Notes under the pieces: model-generated
Told to the model about the DNA's origin: nothing
The model's input: only the letters and a program-made list of their open reading frames with translations
Database searches by the model: none
Shown: piece by piece, positions 51,974 through 64,000 of the stretch
Layout: every line of letters begins with the position of its first letter
Numbering within the stretch: the first letter of the stretch is position 1
Source: Octopus vulgaris
Taxonomy: Eukaryota
Assembly (NCBI GenBank): GCA_951406725.2
Contig: OX597831.1
Coordinates: forward strand, 70,556,001-70,620,000
Length of the DNA stretch: 64,000 nucleotides
Direction of reading: 5' to 3'
Position numbers and translations under genes: made by a program

Positions 51974-53247
51974 ATAGTAAGTACACTATTTGTATAGCAT
52001 TCAGATCAGCAACAGAACTTCTCTTATCAACATCTAATATAGCTATTTATTTTATTTCAGTCAGCTATGCCCATTATTCTTTGGTAAATTTGGATTTTGC
52101 TTGTCTTTTATTCTGTTGTTCTGAGAGGAAATTTCAAAATATATTCACAACATTCATAAATGATCACACTTATATCTTTTTAAGTTGATGCTTACTTTTG
52201 TTTTTGACTAAAGATTCATTACTCATTTGATTGATCTATCACTGTATCTAAGTGACAGTTGTGGATAAAGTCTTTTTGCAATCCTCTTATCAAAATTTCT
52301 TTCTAAAATTCTAATTTAGCTCATGTTTAGTTTTTCTTTGGTGGTTGTGATCTAGAAACATGTTCATTGAATGGCTACAGAATCGTTTTTCTCAACGTTT
52401 TTCTTTAAAAATGGGTGTTCAGACCTGTATTCCTTTTTAGATTGTTCCACATAATTTAATAACCAGCTTCTACTTTTTAACATTTCCGTAATGATACCAT
52501 CTCTCCATTCTTGCATTCTTACCCCCATAATGTGCAAAACTTATCTTGTCAATTCCTGTTTTGTTTTTCGTTTTTAATTTCATGTTTTCATTTCCTCATT
52601 GTTGCTTTAGTAATTATTTTTTGTTTGCATCTGCACTCATTTCATTAATTCCTTTCGTTTTTTTATTTTATTCAGCAACAATTTTGTCATAAATTGTTTT
52701 TTTTCATTTATAGCTTTGACTTTTAATTTTCTTGGTTAAAAACAATGGCACTGAAGTTATCCCGTTCCTAAATTTCCACTTTCTTTCAATTTCTCAACAT
52801 GTTCCAAGAAGTGAATTTTCATAAGCTGAATTTTTTTTATCCCGTACATAACCTATTTGGTATCATGTTACATCCATGAATAAAGTACTCACATCATCAT
52901 TTAATGTCAGTTTTTCCATGCTGGAATGGGTTGGACTTCTCACATCATGAGAATTGAAAACAAGCACTTCAAAAATTATTCCCTAGGTGATGACTAAGGT
53001 TGCATAATAAGAAAATTTGCATAACTATCAAATCAGGACAATGTATGAAGGGCTTTCTGCTTATTAATAAAAGATCATACAACCAAAGCTTCAAAACGGT
53101 TGTAACACAGATAACCGAAGTGGTCTATCTTGAGACAACATCCAGTAAATAAGCGCTCACTTTACGGGTTATGGTTTTGTAATCCAAGAACTGGAAATTT
53201 TGACAAAGCACTACAGGTTGAAAGAGACAAAGATGCAGATAAAGCAC

Positions 53248-53659
53248 CTCTTTTACTCTTTTACTCTTTTACTTGTTTCAGTCATTTGATTGCGGCCATG
53301 CTGGAGCACCGCCTTTAGTCGAGCAAATCAACCCCAGGACTTATTCTTTGTAAGCCCAGTACTTATTCTATCGGTCTCTTTTTGCCGAACTGCTAAGTGA
53401 CGGGGACGTAAACACACCAGCATTGGTTGTCAAGCAATGCTAGGGGGACAAACACAGACACACAAACATACATATATTTATATATATACATATATATGAC
53501 AGGCTTCTTTCAGTTTCCATCTACCAAATCCACTCACAAGGCATTGCTCAGCTCAGGGCTATAGCAGAAGACACTTGTCCAAGATGCCACACAGTGGGAC
53601 TGAACCCGGGACCATGTGGTTTGTTAGCAAGCTACTTACCACACAGCCACTCCTGCGCC
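53248..53659 (-). mobile_element. SINE family A
   Basis: Colinear with the other copies. Confidence 0.9.
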
Positions 53660-54299
53660 TGTATGCAAAAAATTATTAACTCCAACATTTTCAGCAATCT
53701 CATAAACTGTTGCTTAAAATTGTTTTTATGATATAATTTTTCTATGAGACATGACAACCAAAATATTACACAATGCATTTCAAAACAGTTAGTAATGTGG
53801 CAGGATTACCCATCCAAAATATGAAGGAATACTGGTGGAAGATTCCTGTAAATATGTTGGCAAAATATAAAATGTATGTATTGCATTCTGTAGAATGCTT
53901 ACATTATAAACCAGATATATTGATCTGAAACAAAGAAAGGAAAGTATGTCTAGTAGTGGACATAAGTAGCCAAGTAAACCTTGATTTAATGTTAAAGATA
54001 AGAAAGCACGGAATCACCTATACCAACCTAATGAGAAATCTATAGACACCCCTTCCGGCCTATTATTTTAGACATACCTCTAAGTATATAATTGTATTGG
54101 GTGATTTGATTTTTCAACAAAATATCTTATTACCAATCTTAAGAAACTGAGTTACACAGTTTCTTAGGACACAGCTGATTCAGGAATCAAAATTATGCAA
54201 GGTATTAATGGAATGGTGAAAATATATAAAATATTTCAGATGCTTAATGTAAAATAAGTACATCTCCATACATGTAGATTTACAGACACAGATACAAGC

Positions 54300-54304
<5 letters not shown>

Positions 54305-54345
<41 letters not shown>

Positions 54346-54591
54346 TCATACATAATACACGTGTAAATATGCATGCTGATATATATGCACGTGTGTGTGT
54401 GTGTCTATGTACGTACATGCACAACACACACACACATACATACACAGACAACACACATCACACACTCACACACACACACACACACACACACATACAAACA
54501 CAGACAACACACATCACACACTCTCACACACACACACATCACACACTCACACACACACACACATACAAACACAGACAACACACATCACACA

Positions 54592-54639
<48 letters not shown>

Positions 54640-54840
54640 GACAACACACATCACACACACTCACACACACACACACATCACACACACACACACACACACA
54701 CACATACAAACACAGACAACACACATCACACACTCTCACACACACACACATCACACACTCACACACACACACACATACAAACACAGACAACACACATCAC
54801 ACACTCACACACACACTCACACACACACACACACACACAT
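54305..54840. repeat. (CA)n-derived minisatellite
   Basis: ACACAGACAACACACATCACACAC anchor recurs six times about every 60-75 bp. Confidence 0.9.
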
Positions 54841-55252
54841 TCAAGTGATACAAACCTTAAAATCTTTCAATTTATGGAATGTTCGCCCAATTATTCAGCA
54901 AAACCTGATCGATGGTATTGTTAGGAATCACCTTCAATAAATACAAAACAGAAATAGGAGAAAAAAAGTCAATTCCATATTTTTATTTATGACATATTGT
55001 TTTGTACATATTCTTTCAATACTATAGACAAAATAATAATATATGTGTTATTGTTATTAATCATTGTTGACAGAAATTCCTTTTTTTTTTTCTCTCCCCA
55101 TATTATTATCGTAACACAAGAACTTATACAATGCAAAACACAGATGGTTTTTATGTCTAAATTAGTGCTTCTATTAATTAGCTATTGCATAGTTTCACAA
55201 ATGAAATTAAGCCATTTCATTATTATTTTATCATACATATACACAACCCCCA

Positions 55253-55292
<40 letters not shown>

Positions 55293-56939
55293 ATCTTATA
55301 CATTTCACACATTTGTGCATATGTGTTCCAACAGGCTATTTGTCAAATGGAATTTTGTCCTCATTCTGTACTCTGTTATTAGTGTCGCTTCCGTTTGAAA
55401 CCCTGTCAAAACCAATAGCAGTGTCAGGAAATTTATTTCTACATTTTGATTTTACATTGAAGTTTCACTGAACAAGTGCTAATTAAATGTCATCAATTTA
55501 CGCAGTTTCTATTTTTAAAATTTGTTTGGCTTCTTTTCTTTCTCCATGTTTTGGATTCACTATTTTCTTTATTCTCAGATAAAATATAATTTCCTTCACA
55601 GTTGTACAAAATATGTTTTCTTTTAATATTTGTTTCAATATTTTATATTAGTGCTTCACTGAAGAATTATTTGCAAAATATTCTGCTTTACACATCTTTT
55701 ATATTTCTATAATCCTGAAATTGTATGGTTAGTTATGACGAGATAAGCAGATTAAAAAGCCAAACTGCACAAATCTATCAGCAGTTATGAAGTCTGTCTG
55801 AAAAATGTTAGTCCTATCTTTAGTTTAATGCATTTGTATATTAACTGAAGTCATGAATCGCTGAATCAATATAGAGTTGAACTGCTAGTTGAAAGGTTGA
55901 TGCTTTATAAAACGTCGATGCCTCTCTACAATGTTCACAACTAAGAAGCTTATCTCTTTTGCCCAAATCAGTCCATGTAACTGCAAGTTCTTGTTGTAGA
56001 TGTTTAATTTCCAGCTTAGAATTGATTGAGCTGATCTATGGTACATAGGTATTTCATTGAACCATTGATCCATTGAGTCAGATATACCTCTGCACTGACT
56101 AGTGGATGCATGCTAAGCACTCAGATGCAGTGATTTATTGTAACTGTAAGTTATTGTTATTGTCATTACTGTTGTTGTTTAACCCTCGGTCAACCCTGAC
56201 ATATGATAAAAGACATAACAGCCATGATCATCCTGTATTTTTAAGAATATATTGTGAAATATATTATTCAAAATGTCATTTTCTTATTTGAGATGGCAGA
56301 GTGTGGTTGGTATGAGGGAGATCTGGCTGCTATTTCTTGCAGATCAAGTGACCATGCAGAAGCTCCTTCATTAAATCACAGCAACATGATAATGAAACAA
56401 TAATTTTAAAACCCAAGCTGTATTATATAATTATGGATCACATTTTAGTACCTATTAAAATATATATGCAAATTCAGAGTTTGATCCATGCATATAATAC
56501 AGGGCTAATTGCATGATAATTCCAGAATGGTCAGTCCATTAGATGGTAACCTGTCATTTGAAGAAATTATGTTGTTTCTTTTTAGCTCCAGCTCATCTTT
56601 AATGGGAAAGATTTTTGACCATCTAGTCTTTCTTAGATTATATCTAAGACTACATTATCCTTGCTAAAGACACTGTGATTTGATATGAGAGAGCTTTGGC
56701 TACTAATTTTAGCCGTTGGAAAACCAATTATAGCAGCGACTCCATCAATTCCTAGGGATATCCAAAGAAGGAATTTTTATTCTGAAATATCATATCAGAC
56801 TATGGATGATTAAATTACAACAGTTATTATCACCCATCGTTGTTATTATAGTGCATTGTTGTGTCATTCAATACATTTTATTCTTTACAAACAATGCTTC
56901 AAGCAAACTACAATACTCTACTAATCTTATCAATAAGCC

Positions 56940-57330
56940 TCTCTTGTTGGTTTGTGTTCATATTCTTCTGTAATATCTGTAAATCTGAAGCAAGCAGCAA
57001 GTGATCCCTTTGAGCATATTCTCTCTGAAGATATCCAGAAATCCCCTCCTGCACCTGGGGTCCACTTTCCCTTCGAAACACCAATAAATGTATGCAATAT
57101 TAAGGCTGGAAGTTCTTGATCTGCCGAACCTTAAACATTTGTCTTGTAAGTGAATGACACTTTCTATGGATATCTTGTAACTTGCTGTCACGTGTAGTTA
57201 AGATGAGATAAATGTTCTACAGTTCTCCAGAGCTAGCTCTGTGACCATGTCTACTGCAATAATCAGCTCGTGATATATCTATCGCAAATGAAATTACTCT
57301 TCTTCTCTCTTCAGACACTGAACTACAGTT
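56940..57330 (-). mobile_element. old RTE-like ORF C-terminal remnant
   Basis: LQDKCLRFG...ELPALIL...GKWTPG / RRGFLDIFREN resembles a decayed RTE C-terminus. Confidence 0.35.
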
Positions 57331-57668
57331 GATCTGAGACACCACCACCACCAAGAGTTTTAGATTATTCTAGTGACCAAATGTTTGTTTTAGTATGATG
57401 TTTATTTTATGGAGAGATATTTCTGAAACCACTACACTACATGTCACAAAAGGACATGCTGTTAGCAGAAAAAACACCAGCATGTTTAATACTGGTGTAA
57501 ACATAATCATGCACACAAAATTATGTGCAATATTTGACACTAAAAAATTTGAACAAGATCTGGGCCAAGTAGTTATCAAGGAGCTCATAGCAGGAAAAAA
57601 TTGTCAAATCTGCCATAGGCATGTTTGAAAAAGAAATAGTTATGCTAGAAATCAAGCTGATGATCACT

Positions 57669-57704
<36 letters not shown>

Positions 57705-57759
57705 CCAGGAAGGTAAAATACAAGTCTAAATAATTCAGATAAAAAGGAACTCAATACAA

Positions 57760-58320
57760 TCATTATCATCGTCGTTTAACGTCCGTTCTCCATGCTAGCA
57801 TGGGTTGGACAGTTCGACCGTGGATCTGGGAAGCCAGAAGGCTGCACCAGGCTCCAGTCTGATCTGGCAGTGTTTATACAGCTGGATGCCCTTCCTAACG
57901 CCAACCACTCCGTGAGTGTAGTGGGTGCTTTTTACGTGCCACCTGCACAGGTGCCAGGCGAGGCTGGCAACGGCCACGATCAGATTGGTGCATTTTACGT
58001 GCCACCGGCACAGAAGCCAGTCAAGGCAGCACTGGCATTGGCCATGATTCGGACAGTGCTTTTTACGTGCCACTGGCATGGAAGCCAGTCTAGGCGGCGC
58101 TGGCATCGGCCACGTTCAGATGGTGCTTTTTACGTGCCACCGGCACAGGGAGCACAACTGCAGTTTCCATTGATTTTGATGTTGGTGTACTTGACTCAAT
58201 GAATCTCCTCAAGCACAAGGTCGAAATGGTGTTTCTTCACTTGCCACCTGCACAGGAGTCAGTCCAGCGGTCCTGGCAACTGCCGGGTGCCAGTCATTGG
58301 ATTGGTTCAATTTCGATTCC
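57760..58320 (-). mobile_element. RTE 3'-UTR fragment (4+1 units)
   Basis: Reverse complement of the RTE tail and repeat array. Confidence 0.85.
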
Positions 58321-59343
58321 GATTTTACAATGAAATAGAGTAATATTATAAAATTTATTTTAAGCTGAAACTTTACAATTTGTAACTCAGAATTATATTT
58401 CTCCTGGTTATCATATAATAAATGAAATTAATAAAGCAGTCTTGTAATTATCTATGAAGTTAAATCCATTGAATGTTCTATATACATTAAAAGTAGAACA
58501 GACTGATTTTTTTGGAGCATGTAACAGCATTATTTAAGGCTGGCCATAAGACATTTTCATCCACTCGACATTTTGAAATATTTCAACCAACGTACAACTT
58601 ATGATGACAGAACATATATCTTATGAATGATAACAAATAAATACTTATTAATTGCTTGAGTGTTTAGCTTTGTAATGAGGTAGTCCATCATTCAACTAAG
58701 TAGGATTAAAAAATTTGTCGTGGTGAGAAACTTTTATTCACTCCAAATCAATGTTTGAGTTAGAATTCCTATGGAAAAATAGCTTTGATTTGTTCCTGAA
58801 ATATGAAGATTATAAAATTCTAAGAGTTGGCTTCTTCTGTCTTCCAAACAATTTTATAGTTTCTGGTATTCTTATGTCTTAAAGATTAGATACACTTCGA
58901 TATATTGTTGTCAAATGATTTTTCAAAATTTCTGAAAGTATATTTATGTTGATTGATTCTTAACTTTAAAAAATTCTCAGTCAGTCTAAGTTGAAATTAC
59001 TACAAACACTTCCCCATAATATCTCTATTCAGTATACTATAATCTGTCACAAGTGTCTCTTTTCATACTAGCTTGATGGATGTACCTACATCCCTTTTGT
59101 TTGGTGATCCCCTTCCAAACCATATCAATTTCCTTAATTTCCTCCTCCTTGGATGAAAGGCAAAAAGCACTCCTTATAGATCTCTAACCTAGTAATACAC
59201 ACTATTCATGTCTAACCAAGTAACATTTTCTATTTTTGTCTAACCTAAAAATATAGATGTTTATCCTAACAGAACTCCTTATAAATTTCTAACCTAAAAG
59301 TACTCCCTACAGATAACTAAACTCAAAGTGCTAATTATAGATG

Positions 59344-59885
59344 TGTACAGTCACCGGAAGTAACTTGCACGGACACCGGAAATACATCTGCCACCACCAG
59401 AGAAAACAAAGCAACTACCCCCAGCAACTTGCCTGACCTTTCATTGGACAAAAGCTACCTACCTGCCATTGTATTGGACACTGGCTAAACATCATTGCTG
59501 ATATTTTTGTATAAATTGACGTCATAATTTGCTGTAAAAGCAGTTGGCTTTTTGGCAGTCGACGGATGAAAATCGTGTCCCTCTTGCCTGCCACGCTCGC
59601 CACTCACGCCGCCTCGAACCTTTGTACTGCTATTTCACGCCCGAAATAAATCGCTGTATAAACTTACACCTCTTGTCTGCTCGTCCTTTCAACTACTGCT
59701 TTCATCTGTCCAGTTTTGCTGATTACGACCACAGTCCTTTTCAGGGCTAATTCAAGTCTGATCTGAATGTGATAACAGTCCTCTTTAGGACTATTTTTGG
59801 ATCGGATCTAATTGCGATAACCGTCCTTTTAAGGGCTACCCTCAGATCAGACCAGAAGTAGTGACCAAGAATCATACCCGCTACA
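59344..59885 (+). mobile_element. solo LTR (Gypsy-type)
   Basis: TGTA...TACA termini, 4-bp TSD GATG (59340-59343 and 59886-59889), TATAAA ~59510, AATAAA ~59645; CpG-rich relative to the flanks. Confidence 0.85.
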
Positions 59886-61812
59886 GATGTTTAATATAGT
59901 AGTAGTACCTTTAGATATCTAACTTAATAAAAATACTTAACAGTTAACTCAAGACAACAAAGGTACCTTAATGTGGTCATATAAATGTTTTAGACATAAC
60001 AGGCAACTCTCCCTTAAATCACATCTTTTCATGTTAAAAATAGGAAAAAAAATATATTGGATAGTCTGAAATACACTATGCATGAATAAAAGATGTTATT
60101 CATGTCTGGTTGCTAAATATACTATAGGTTTTGTAACCCACACTGTGTGCTATAACAATTTGTGTAGGCAATATGTGGGCAAACATAAAAAGGAGGAATA
60201 TTTCCACTCGTCTTGAAATCTTCATCAGCAGCTGTCTATGATTTTTAGATATCCACAGAAACATATTTTAGATGCTGAAGTAAACAATTGTCATAACACA
60301 GTTGGTGGCTAAAAAGAACTAAAAGAACCTATAGATATGTTCTACAGGACATTATAGCAATGAAGTAAACCATTAACACACCTGTCATTTAATTAACACA
60401 CCTGTCATTTAATTTTCAATCTCACTGTTATAGAAAAGTTAAATAAACAAACTAATCAACCTAGTCTACTTAACACTGTAGTAATTTATTATTCGTGGTT
60501 GGAATGCCTCTGATCATAGGTCTCTTGAATAGGGATCAACCCAGCTAAAAGGCAGCTGCACCTACAACTTACAGTTTATAAATCAAATAGCTCAGGTTTT
60601 AGTTGTCTAACTGAATGGTATAGCTTATGATTATTTAGCATATCTTGCAGTAAACTACTTTAATGCCATCACGTGTGTGTGCTTCTGTGAGTGATTACAT
60701 CTGAGAAATGAACAATGTGATGAATCACTGACTCATGTGTTATGAATTCCACTGCAGGGATGTTGTCATAATTTCTTAACAGGTCAGTTATATTCTATCT
60801 TAGTTCAAAGGACAAGAAGCAAATTCTTTCAAGAAATTGATAATTTTACCACCAAGAGACTGGTAGTATCTTCATGAGGTTGATTCATTTCACCAGCTTA
60901 ATGCTGGAGTTTGTATGGCCGTCAGTCTCAGCTTCGTGAAGACATCGTAGTGAATAAGAGAAAAATGGAAAGATTAGTGGGGCGCTGCCAGTCATGGATT
61001 TTGGCAGCATTTTTTTTTTTCCTTCTGTGACATTTCCATCTGGTTTTCTATTATCTATGCTATCATTCAAATGCTATATCTCTCAATACCAGTCCTCTAA
61101 TCAAGCTGCTTCTTCCTTGACAGTAAAATCATTTATGCCTGATATCAAGTGTAGGATTAATATTCCTGATATTTGATTTCAAGTCATTTCTTTGGATTAA
61201 CTCATTGAGGCACGAAAGCTTTGCTTATAAAATTCTACCAAACTAGAAATTTTAAAACATTTGAAGCAAAATTTAAATATTTACATACCTCAGTCTTATA
61301 CATTTATTTTACAATTACTTGTATTATGACAATTTTTGCTTAAAAACAGTTCAACTTCATTATTGATTCTTCTTTAGTAAAACTTTCAAACTATTTTTCA
61401 TTCATTTTATCTTTTTTCATAGCTTTTATTGTTTAAAATTGTTTTCTCATTTCCTTTTTTCAGTAATTATTTTTTTTTTGCTTTAAAATATCCTCATTCA
61501 ATATTTATATGTCTTGTTCAAATTTATTATTTTTCAAAAGATATGTGTGTTTAAGAAGTATAAATATACTTCACAACCATGTTGTTCCTACTTTCACCAA
61601 AACCCTACTGCCACAACCTCAGACTGTTCAATAATATCCACTGAGTGGATATTGGTTGATGGAAACTTAGAGAAATCCCATCTTAATACATACATACATA
61701 CAGATACACGCCCCCACGCACACATACACACACATGCATATACATGTGTACGTGTATGTATTCCATATATCTATACATGTATTTGGATGTGTATGAAGAT
61801 ATACATACATAT

Positions 61813-62725
61813 AGGTACAATTAAGGTTGTGTGGTTAAGAGGGTCACTTCTAAGCTGTGAGGTTTTGGCTCAGTCTCAATGTGTGGCATATTGTGCAGGT
61901 GTCAACCCTGGGCCAACCAAACTTTGGTAAATGGATTTGATAGAGAGAAACTGAAAGAAGTCTCTAAGGTGCGGGCATGGTTGTATGGTAAGAAGCTTGC
62001 TTCCCAACCACATGGTTCTGGGTTCAGTCCCACTGCATGACACCTTGAGCAAGTATCTTCTACTATAACCTCAGGCTGACCAAAGACTTGTGAGTGGATT
62101 TGGTAGACGGAAACTGAAAGAAGCCTGTCAAATATATATATTTTTTTATATGTGTGTGTGTGTGTTAATAATTGAGTGTCTGTTTGTCCTCCCCACCCAT
62201 CGCTTGACAACTGATGTTGATGTGTTTACATCCCTGTAACCTAGCAGTTTGACAAAAGAGACCAATAGAATAAGTACTGGATTTACAAAGTATAAGTCCT
62301 GGGGCTGATTTATTTGACTAAAGGTAGTGCTCCAGCATGGCAGTAGTCAATTTATTGAAACAAGTAAAAGAATAATATATATGTGTATATGTATATATTT
62401 ATGGATGGATAGATGTGTGTATGTATGTATGTATGGATGTATGTATGTATTTATGTATATATGTGTGTGCATGCATGTGTGTGTGGATGTGCTTGTGTCA
62501 TCTAGTTTTGACATTGTACTGTAGCTGTAAACAAGTGTTACCACCATACAAGTGGTGTTTCCAACCTCACATGACAATGTGTCTGGGGATGGGGAAATAT
62601 TCCCTTTCTACGAAACAGGCGAGGGTTTGCAACAGGAAGGGTTTCTAGCTGTAGAAAATCTGCCTGAGTGAATTTCATCGAATTCAAGGAAAAGTGGGTT
62701 GTTAAAACGATGATGGTGATGATGA
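61813..62725 (+). mobile_element. old A-head/RTE-tail SINE with a family-A SINE (61968-62372) nested inside
   Basis: Head 61813-61962, full SINE A, then microsatellite and a tail matching 18420-18661 that ends in (GAT)n. Confidence 0.75.
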
Positions 62726-62776
62726 TTAATTTTTTTAATGTATGAATGTGTATGTCCGTGTGTGTATATATGTATG

Positions 62777-62839
<63 letters not shown>

Positions 62840-63179
62840 ATATATATATGTATATATATATATATGTATATGTATATATATATATATGTATATATATATA
62901 TGTGTATATATATATACACACACACACGCAAACTTATGTTTGTATGTGTGTGCTTGTGTATACGAGTGTAAATTGGTGTAAAAACATTGTGGTATTTAAC
63001 TCCATCAAAGAGATGTTACTTTGATAAATCTAACCATTCAATAAATAGAAATCAATAAAATTAATGGCAGACTAAATATAGGAGCCAATATAAATGACTG
63101 AAACTATTAAAACAAGTGCCCCAGCATTGCCAGTGTCCAATGTCTGAAACCAGTAAAACAACTGAAACAATGTTTGTAT

Positions 63180-63259
63180 ACACACATACATACATACATA
63201 CATACATACATACATACATACATACATACATGTTATACATACATACATATATACATACA

Positions 63260-63293
<34 letters not shown>

Positions 63294-63493
63294 CATCTAT
63301 ACATACATACACACACATATATATATATATATATAAATGTATGGATGTATGTATACTTTTACGTATGTGTTTATATGTGTGTATGTATGTAGATATATAT
63401 ATGTGTGTGTGTGTGTGTAAGTATAGTATATGTATGCTTGTGTATGTACAATTTGTATATATGTATGCATGTATCTCTGTATGTAAATGTATG

Positions 63494-63536
<43 letters not shown>

Positions 63537-63573
63537 ATATCTATGTATGTATATTTATGTATGTGTACATATC

Positions 63574-63612
<39 letters not shown>

Positions 63613-63715
63613 GCATGTGTGTATGTATATATATGTATGTGTGTATGTATATATATGTATATGTATGTATATATATATATGTGTGTGTATATATATATGT
63701 ATATGTAGGTATGTA

Positions 63716-63746
<31 letters not shown>

Positions 63747-63773
63747 GTACATCTCTGCGTGAATAGATACATA

Positions 63774-63850
<77 letters not shown>
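63180..63850. repeat. compound (TACA)/(TA)/(TG) microsatellite field
   Basis: Direct inspection. Confidence 0.95.
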
Positions 63851-63854
<4 letters not shown>

Positions 63855-64000
63855 GTTCATGCATACACAAACACGCACACACAGAGGAAGACAGAATTAC
63901 TCAAACAATGAGAAGGAGAAACAGAGCCGTACAAGTAAAGACAATTGAAATGTCAACACTGTAAATGGTAATGAGGAGAATTACAGACATGAGGGTGGAA

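Larger units (their letters stand above)
49380..52800 (-). mobile_element. Penelope-like element remnant (RT and GIY-YIG)
   Basis: LFDVVKLYSCIPH...FILENNYFMFGETTYQQKSSTAM (RT); TCKSCREHYIGHT (~49987-50025, GIY-YIG); decayed hammerhead AATC...GATT-GAAA-CCAG-TT at ~49398-49437. Confidence 0.8.

Overview
AT-rich, microsatellite-dense eukaryotic DNA. The repeat families point to an octopus or other coleoid cephalopod; this is my inference from the repeat types, not a database result. I found no convincing host exon or intact gene, and nearly all listed ORFs are translated microsatellites or repeats. The window is a mosaic of decayed and nested mobile elements: about 20 copies of a tRNA-derived SINE, other tRNA/Nin-type SINEs, RTE, R4/Dong, CR1, L1/Tx1, Penelope-like and Gypsy retroelement remnants, a Gypsy-type solo LTR, Tc1/mariner, hAT, a piggyBac MITE and two Helitrons. 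The most notable signals are (1) a dispersed set of short, (TA)n-anchored, often fold-back non-coding elements carrying hammerhead-ribozyme motifs, two with complete cores and an unusually long branched stem II and several with recurrent non-canonical cores, and (2) a variable-copy ~60-bp structured tandem array in the 3' UTR of an RTE LINE family whose ORF also contains a PHD-like finger. All coordinates and pairings were read by eye; boundaries of decayed elements are approximate.
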